The notes beneath the pieces were generated by a model. That model was not told where the DNA came from. It was given only the letters and a program-made list of their open reading frames with translations, and made no database searches. A DNA stretch of 64,000 nucleotides from Bdellovibrionales bacterium. Its GTDB lineage: Bacteria > Bdellovibrionota_G > JALEGL01 > JAGRMV01. Location: positions 3,763 to 67,762 of the forward strand of contig JAGRAZ010000001.1 of assembly GCA_020434345.1 (NCBI GenBank), written 5' to 3'. The position numbers and the translations under genes were made by a program. Shown here one piece after another: positions 58,572 to 64,000 of the stretch (its first letter is position 1; every line of letters begins with the position of its first letter).

Positions 58572-59180
58572 ACCAGTAATAAACATTTGTGCTGCTAAGG
58601 AACCTACAACCAGCCCCATCAAACGACTAAACACACGTATACCATTTTCGCCAAGTCTCTCTTTGATGCGTGGCATGTTACGTAGAATCAAATAATTGCT
58701 CACCGAGCATAAAATAATAGCGACAGTTACAGACAAATACGATTGCCAGCTCTTATGAACAAGACTAAGGTTAATAAGCGTGGTTGTAAGCCCCGGGCCA
58801 GCGATAATGGGAATAGAAAGCGGCACGATACTGATATCACTTTGCTGCCTTGCAGCCTCGTGCTCCGTAGATTGGTGGTTTGTTTTTTTGCCTTTACCTT
58901 GAACCATATCAAAGCCCATGATCAAAAGAATAATTCCACCAAAAATTCGCAGCCCATCTGGCTTGATTCCAAAAAAATTAAAAATATATGTACCACTTAA
59001 AAACAATATCAACATCGTAATGAATACTGTTTTCGTACATCTTCTTGCGATGGTTTCAATTTCTTGCTTTGTGACAGATTCGCTGACAAGCGAAAGCATA
59101 ATGACCCCTGCAGACAAGGTATTCATGATGGTAAAAATCGAAATGGTGTTACCAAGGATGCTTTTAAGTAGTTCAATCAT
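58536..59180 (-). CDS. marC: MarC-family (UPF0056) integral membrane protein.
   Basis: Six predicted TM segments. The N-terminal region resembles the MarC family. Confidence 0.7.
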   Translation of the reverse strand: MIELLKSILGNTISIFTIMNTLSAGVIMLSLVSESVTKQEIETIARRCTKTVFITMLILFLSGTYIFNFFGIKPDGLRIFGGIILLIMGFDMVQGKGKKTNHQSTEHEAARQQSDISIVPLSIPIIAGPGLTTTLINLSLVHKSWQSYLSVTVAIILCSVSNYLILRNMPRIKERLGENGIRVFSRLMGLVVGSLAAQMFITGVLGLYSNYIKI

Positions 59181-59219
59181 GGTTTAGTTTTCAAGTATAA
59201 AATATATCAGAGTTGTAAT

Positions 59220-60296
59220 CTATGCAACTACTTGATCAATCCAACCGCCGCCCACGACCGTGTCGCCTTGATAAATTACGGCAGCTTGTCCGGGTGTGAT
59301 GGATTTTTGTGGTTCAACAAAGCTAAGTGTAACTGTCTCTCCTACTTTTTTGACTACTGCTTTTGCAGGTTCAAAGCGTGAACGAATTTTAACATCATAG
59401 GTTTGATCAATTTGCACAGGTTTGTCAGTATACCGAAGCTCTTTAATCACAAATTCTTTTTTCATGAGCGATGCTTCGTCACCAACAGTAATATTGCCCG
59501 TTGTTTTATCGATGTTGGAAACATACATAGGAAGGGTTGTTGGAATTTCAATACCTCGACGCTGCCCAATGGTGTACTCATGAATACCCTCATGTTTACC
59601 TAAAACTTTGCCTGTTTCATCTACCAAGTTTCCCTTGATAATATTTTTTTCATCGATGCGATCACGAACAAACTTTTTATAATCTGTAGGAACAAAACAG
59701 ATTTCCTGTGAATCTTTCTTTTGGGACGTAAGAATACCTGCCTTTTCGCCAATGGCGCGTACTTCAGGCTTGGTCATGTCGCCAAGGGGAAACATAAGTT
59801 TGTCAAGTTGCTCTTGGTTCATCCCAAAAAGGAAATAAGATTGGTCTTTTTGCAAATCAACCGCTCTTTTAAGGTGAATGATTCCTTGATCATCTTTGAT
59901 CAAACGAGCGTAGTGACCTGTGGCCAAAAAGTCAGCACCCAATTCTTCTGCACGTTGAAGTAACAAATCAAATTTAATATCGATATTACATCGAACACAT
60001 GGATTGGGTGTTTCACCTACGCGATAACTTTCAATAAACTGATCGACAACAGCCCCTTCAAATTTTTGCTCAAAATTAAATACGTAATAAGGAATTTGCA
60101 GTTGATCAGCTACACGACGTGCATCATATAAATCATCAGGCGTACAACATCCGTGTGTTGTATCAGGATCATACGACCATAGACGCATTGAAATACCCAC
60201 AACATCGTACCCTTGTTCTTTTAATAGGTACGCTGCTACAGAGGAATCCACCCCTCCGCTCATGGCAATTACGACTCTTTTATTTTTTGTCTCCAT
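59220..60296 (-). CDS. mnmA: tRNA-specific 2-thiouridylase.
   Basis: VVIAMSGGVDSSVAAYLL is the PP-loop SGGxDS motif. Length 358 aa. Confidence 0.9.
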   Translation of the reverse strand: METKNKRVVIAMSGGVDSSVAAYLLKEQGYDVVGISMRLWSYDPDTTHGCCTPDDLYDARRVADQLQIPYYVFNFEQKFEGAVVDQFIESYRVGETPNPCVRCNIDIKFDLLLQRAEELGADFLATGHYARLIKDDQGIIHLKRAVDLQKDQSYFLFGMNQEQLDKLMFPLGDMTKPEVRAIGEKAGILTSQKKDSQEICFVPTDYKKFVRDRIDEKNIIKGNLVDETGKVLGKHEGIHEYTIGQRRGIEIPTTLPMYVSNIDKTTGNITVGDEASLMKKEFVIKELRYTDKPVQIDQTYDVKIRSRFEPAKAVVKKVGETVTLSFVEPQKSITPGQAAVIYQGDTVVGGGWIDQVVA

Positions 60297-60762
60297 TGGG
60301 GTTCCTTACTACTACAAAAGGCTGCAACTGATCAAGTAGGCGTTGTGAGATGCCTCGAATTTCTGCAAGTTGGGCAAGATTTTCAAATCCACCCGTCCTT
60401 TTCCTCATTTCTAGGATCTTTTTTGCCCTAGATGGCCCAATGCCGGGTAGAGCCATAAGCGCATGACGACTTGCCGTATTTAGGTCGATTCTGCCTCCTT
60501 GCAACAAGTATCTAGAGGTCAGAATTTCTTGATATTCAGGCAGGTTACCCACACGTCTTTGGCCATGCATCATGGAACATAGGGTTTTTACGCTCAAAAT
60601 AATGCATAGCATTGCAATAAAACCAACTTCCCACTTTTTTTGATTATCTAATGATTTTAACAAGTTATTAACCTTCGATGTGCTTGACAGCCCCTCTTTT
60701 TCGATGGTAGCTGTAAAAGAAAAGTGGCTTTGCCATTTTTTCTCCTGTGTGCCAGTGACCAT
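60280..60762 (-). CDS. comEA: ComEA-family helix-hairpin-helix DNA-binding protein.
   Basis: IDLNTASRHALMALPGIGPSRAKKILEMRKRTGGFENLAQLAEIRGIS is the HhH motif. N-terminal TM segment. The exact start is uncertain. Confidence 0.6.
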   Translation of the reverse strand: MVTGTQEKKWQSHFSFTATIEKEGLSSTSKVNNLLKSLDNQKKWEVGFIAMLCIILSVKTLCSMMHGQRRVGNLPEYQEILTSRYLLQGGRIDLNTASRHALMALPGIGPSRAKKILEMRKRTGGFENLAQLAEIRGISQRLLDQLQPFVVVRNPNGDKK

Positions 60763-60797
60763 TTGAATTCCCGAATCCCTACTAAATGGTCACTGGC
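60751..60797. repeat. Perfect 14-bp inverted repeat (gccagtgaccattt ... aaatggtcactggc) with a 19-nt loop, overlapping the annotated comEA ATG.
   Basis: Seen directly. The start codon at 60762-60760 lies in one arm of the repeat. A T-run follows on the plus strand. Confidence 0.6.
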
Positions 60798-60882
60798 CAT
60801 TTTATTTTGTGATGGGGGAAACGCTTCCATTTCCCAAAAAGGTTAATTCAATTTTTGTACCAAGATAGGACCTGCTGATCGT

Positions 60883-62061
60883 TTAGTTGGGTTCTTTTTC
60901 AAGATGAAAATGCTCATGAAGAACACGTACAGCCTGGTTGGATTGTTCTACCGAAATGATCAATGAAAGCGCGGCATCTTCTAAATACGATCCAAAGACT
61001 TCTATATTCTTTTTGCAAAGAGCTTCTTGCACATCAAAAAACAACTCTTCTTGAATCATCAAACCAGAACCAACAATAGCTACGCAGGCTGCATTTCGCT
61101 GGTGGACAACCGTCACATCGGAAATCTCTTTCAATCTTTTAGTAATCTCGTTTTCATGATCAAATGCCAAATCAAAATATGCTTGCGCGTTTTGCGAGCG
61201 AAATGAAAGAACATGGCAACTTGCACCCTGAAGCGCTTGTTTCATATTCAAGATCTGATCTTGTGGAAGTTGAATCGAAACAATTGTTTGTTTATTTTTA
61301 ACCGCCACCCCTGAAATTCTTTGTCTTTCCACTTTATGTTCCTTTCCAACCCAGGTACCTGGACCTTCTTCAAAACTCGACTTTACAACTATGGGCATTC
61401 CGTATCGTTTTGCAAGCACGACACATCTTGCCTGAAGCACTTTGGCCCCTGCATATGAAAATGCAATCATTTCATCATACCCAAGATGTTTGAGCATACG
61501 AGGCTCATCATACAACTTTGGATCCGTTGTCATCACACCTGGAACATCTGTATAAATTTCACAATACTCGGCACCAAGACAAACACTCAGGGCTACTGCT
61601 GTTAGGTCAGATCCACCCCTTCCCAAAGTTGTAATGTGATTTTCATACACACCTTGAAAACCCGGCACGACAACAACATCAACATTTTCAAATGCATTTG
61701 TAATATTATGTGGATTGATGGTTTGTATGAGTGCAGACCCAAAATTTGCATTGGTTCGGATAGGCACTTCATGCCCCAAAAGTACACAAGCAGAGACTCC
61801 CATGCTTTTAAGAACTTCACAAAATGTGTTTGCAGAAATATTTTCTCCTTGTGCAACAAAAGCATCTAAATCTTTTGCATTTGTAATTTTCTTATCTTGG
61901 GCTTGCGCAAGTAGTTGGTCTGTTGTTTTCCCCATCGCAGATACAACAACAACAATACGATGCTTTAGTATCAATGGTTTGATACTCCTTGCAATGGTTT
62001 GCATCAGTGCTGGACTTGCAACAGATGTTCCACCATATTTTTGAACCAAAATAGATTTCAT
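60883..62061 (-). CDS. lysC: Aspartate kinase.
   Basis: ILVQKYGGTSVASPALMQTIARSI is the aspartokinase N-terminus. ACT domains in the C-terminal part. Confidence 0.9.
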   Translation of the reverse strand: MKSILVQKYGGTSVASPALMQTIARSIKPLILKHRIVVVVSAMGKTTDQLLAQAQDKKITNAKDLDAFVAQGENISANTFCEVLKSMGVSACVLLGHEVPIRTNANFGSALIQTINPHNITNAFENVDVVVVPGFQGVYENHITTLGRGGSDLTAVALSVCLGAEYCEIYTDVPGVMTTDPKLYDEPRMLKHLGYDEMIAFSYAGAKVLQARCVVLAKRYGMPIVVKSSFEEGPGTWVGKEHKVERQRISGVAVKNKQTIVSIQLPQDQILNMKQALQGASCHVLSFRSQNAQAYFDLAFDHENEITKRLKEISDVTVVHQRNAACVAIVGSGLMIQEELFFDVQEALCKKNIEVFGSYLEDAALSLIISVEQSNQAVRVLHEHFHLEKEPN

Positions 62062-62508
62062 TTACAGCACCTTTGCAAATCTCATTTGGTCTTCTATTGA
62101 AAGCCTTGCAAGATTGAAAGACAACTCTCTATCTTGGTCATTTAGAATTTCAATTTGAATTTCAAGATACGATCCAAACGCATCTGGATACAATTCCATC
62201 CATTCAACGAATGTGACGTCGTTTCCTTGCGCAAATGAAACCAAATCCAGACTTTGTAAAATATCTTCACTTTCAATTCGATAAAGATCCATATGATGGA
62301 CTTTGATTTTTCCCTCATAAATATGATGATATACATACGTTGGGCTTGTCACTTCATCCGTTGGAATGTCCCAATGGGAACATAAAGCTTTAATTAACGT
62401 TGTTTTTCCGGCACCCAACGGTCCATTAATTCCGATGATATCTTTAGGTGCAATAACACTTGTAAGTTTTTGAGTTACAGATTGCAATTCATCCAATGAA
62501 TATTTCAT
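62062..62508 (-). CDS. tsaE: tRNA threonylcarbamoyladenosine biosynthesis protein TsaE.
   Basis: GPLGAGKTTLIKAL is a Walker A. VTSPTYVYHHIYEG is the TsaE motif. Confidence 0.8.
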   Translation of the reverse strand: MKYSLDELQSVTQKLTSVIAPKDIIGINGPLGAGKTTLIKALCSHWDIPTDEVTSPTYVYHHIYEGKIKVHHMDLYRIESEDILQSLDLVSFAQGNDVTFVEWMELYPDAFGSYLEIQIEILNDQDRELSFNLARLSIEDQMRFAKVL

Positions 62509-64000
62509 TTTGCTTTTTCCATATACAAAGACTCAATCAAAGGTAGAAGTTCAGAAGCTACAATTGCTTTGTTTTTTGTTTTCTGACCACGCAGTTCACC
62601 TATTTTTCCATGAAACCAAACTGCTTGGGCCAGTGCTTCGTCTACATCTATACCCTGCGCCAAAAAGCTTACAACAAGACCAGCAAGAACATCACCTGTT
62701 CCACCCACAGATAAGGTTTCATTGCCAGTTGGGTTGATCATGACCTGTCCGTCAGGTGATGCAATCAATGTCATCTCACCTTTAAGCACCACCCACACAT
62801 GATGTTTTGTTGCAAAATCAATTGCAATCTTTGTACGATGTTTTTGCACAAAAAGAATGTCTTTACCGATAAGTTTTGCCATTTCCCCCGGATGAGGCGT
62901 GATGATAATTGCAGAAGGGTAATCTTTGACTTTTTCAAGGTGCACCTGCAAGCTCGAAAGTGCGCCAGCATCAACAACCAACGGAACACTGGCATACTGA
63001 AGAACCCAGCTCAGCAATTCGTTCGTCCAAGCAGTTTCTTCAAGACCGGGCCCTATCAAAATTGCTGATTTTTTGTCGAATAAATTTGTTTTTTTACCTG
63101 CAAAATCATCGGACCATGTTTTTGGAAGTTCAAATGACATAACATCGATGAGCTGCGCTTTGACAATGTCATGTACGTCTTCCTTGATGGCAAGGGTTGT
63201 TAAACCCGTGTTGCTTTTTTGGCAGGCAAGTGAACTTAATACAGCGGCACCTGAATAAGCTTTGGAACCAGCAAAGATAAGCGCATGCCCTTTGTCACCT
63301 TTATGGGCAACATGTAATGGAGCAAAGACGTCTGCATCCTGAAGTTGTAAAAGGTATGTATCAATATCTGCATTCGGATAAACAATGGTAGAAGGAATAT
63401 AAAAAACCTCACCAGAAACTGTTGGGCCTTCTTGCACAAAAAATCCCTTTTTTAAAAAAGAAAAACTTACTGTCACGTCACATAGTATGGCATCGCCCAA
63501 CACTTCTCCAGAATCTGCATCAAGACCTGAAGCAATATCCAATGCAAAAACGCCAAATTTCTTTTTGACTCTTTTGACATCCTTAACCACTTCGAGAAAC
63601 AATCCCTCAAGCGGTTTTGAAAGCCCAACACCAAACATGGCATCAATGATCCAATCATTGGCAATAATTTCATTTTTCTTTCGATTCCATGCAGCCGATG
63701 TTTCAACACACTCAAACTCACCACCAAGCTTTTGATACACTTGCAACATCAACTGTGACTCAATGGTTTTCATAGAAGTTGCGCCGATAAGTAGAACTTT
63801 GACTTCAATCCCCGAAAGAAGCGCATACCGAGCAAACACCAATCCATCCCCGCCGTTATTGCCGGGTCCACAAAGCACAAGCACACGCCCCTGCTTTTCA
63901 AAACCTTGAAACAGCGCAAAAGCAGATTGCCCAGCAGATTCCATCAGTGTTTCAGCACGAATGCGAAGTGTCTCTATTGTATATTTTTCAGCAAGCGCAA
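62505..64000 (-). CDS. nnr: Bifunctional NAD(P)H-hydrate repair enzyme Nnr (YjeF N- plus C-domains). 5' end beyond the window.
   Basis: LVLCGPGNNGGDGLVFARYA is the epimerase domain. GGTGDVLAGL is in the dehydratase domain. The frame is open to position 64000 (...ALAEKYTIETLRIRAETLMESAG). Confidence 0.8.
   Translation of the reverse strand, partial: ALAEKYTIETLRIRAETLMESAGQSAFALFQGFEKQGRVLVLCGPGNNGGDGLVFARYALLSGIEVKVLLIGATSMKTIESQLMLQVYQKLGGEFECVETSAAWNRKKNEIIANDWIIDAMFGVGLSKPLEGLFLEVVKDVKRVKKKFGVFALDIASGLDADSGEVLGDAILCDVTVSFSFLKKGFFVQEGPTVSGEVFYIPSTIVYPNADIDTYLLQLQDADVFAPLHVAHKGDKGHALIFAGSKAYSGAAVLSSLACQKSNTGLTTLAIKEDVHDIVKAQLIDVMSFELPKTWSDDFAGKKTNLFDKKSAILIGPGLEETAWTNELLSWVLQYASVPLVVDAGALSSLQVHLEKVKDYPSAIIITPHPGEMAKLIGKDILFVQKHRTKIAIDFATKHHVWVVLKGEMTLIASPDGQVMINPTGNETLSVGGTGDVLAGLVVSFLAQGIDVDEALAQAVWFHGKIGELRGQKTKNKAIVASELLPLIESLYMEKAK

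Noticed and set aside
1-64000. CRISPR arrays, IS elements, integrase or transposase genes, rRNA genes.
   Set aside because: No regularly spaced short repeats were found, and no ORF has transposase or recombinase motifs. The two islets therefore lack a cis-encoded recombinase.

Overview
This is a 64 kb chromosomal segment from an AT-rich (roughly 40% GC by eye) Gram-negative bacterium. Genes are densely packed and mostly on the minus strand. The content is mainly housekeeping: respiratory complex I genes (a fused nuoB-nuoD gene followed directly by nuoG), a complete folD-gcvT-gcvH-gcvPA-gcvPB glycine-cleavage operon, the division cluster maf-yggS-divIVA, and nth, a PolX polymerase, truA, asd, uvrC, rng, rsmI, pepA, der, rnc, an MtaB/MiaB-like methylthiotransferase, nadD, mnmA, lysC, tsaE and nnr. 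Competence genes comEA and a ComEC-like gene are also present. Interspersed are many small secreted or lipoprotein genes of unknown function, a GAF-GGDEF cyclase, a PilZ-like protein and a TonB-like protein. This mix is reminiscent of Bdellovibrionota/Oligoflexia-type genomes, but I cannot confirm the lineage from sequence alone. No rRNA, tRNA, CRISPR array, transposase or integrase gene was recognised. The most unusual signal is two single-gene islets on the minus strand: a 292-aa secreted protein gene after divIVA, and a multicopper-oxidase-CopB fusion gene after marC. Each is bracketed by a degenerate 40-50 bp direct repeat that re-copies the last 12-15 codons plus the stop of the upstream gene. 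This is the attL/attR-like footprint of integration into a gene 3' end, yet no recombinase is present. Other notable points are a NuoB-NuoD fusion with no NuoC and no nuoE/F before nuoG; a three-gene secreted cluster pairing a CxxCH-motif lipoprotein with a Tat-signal protein; three tandem Cys-rich lipoprotein genes, at least two paralogous; and several strong inverted repeats.
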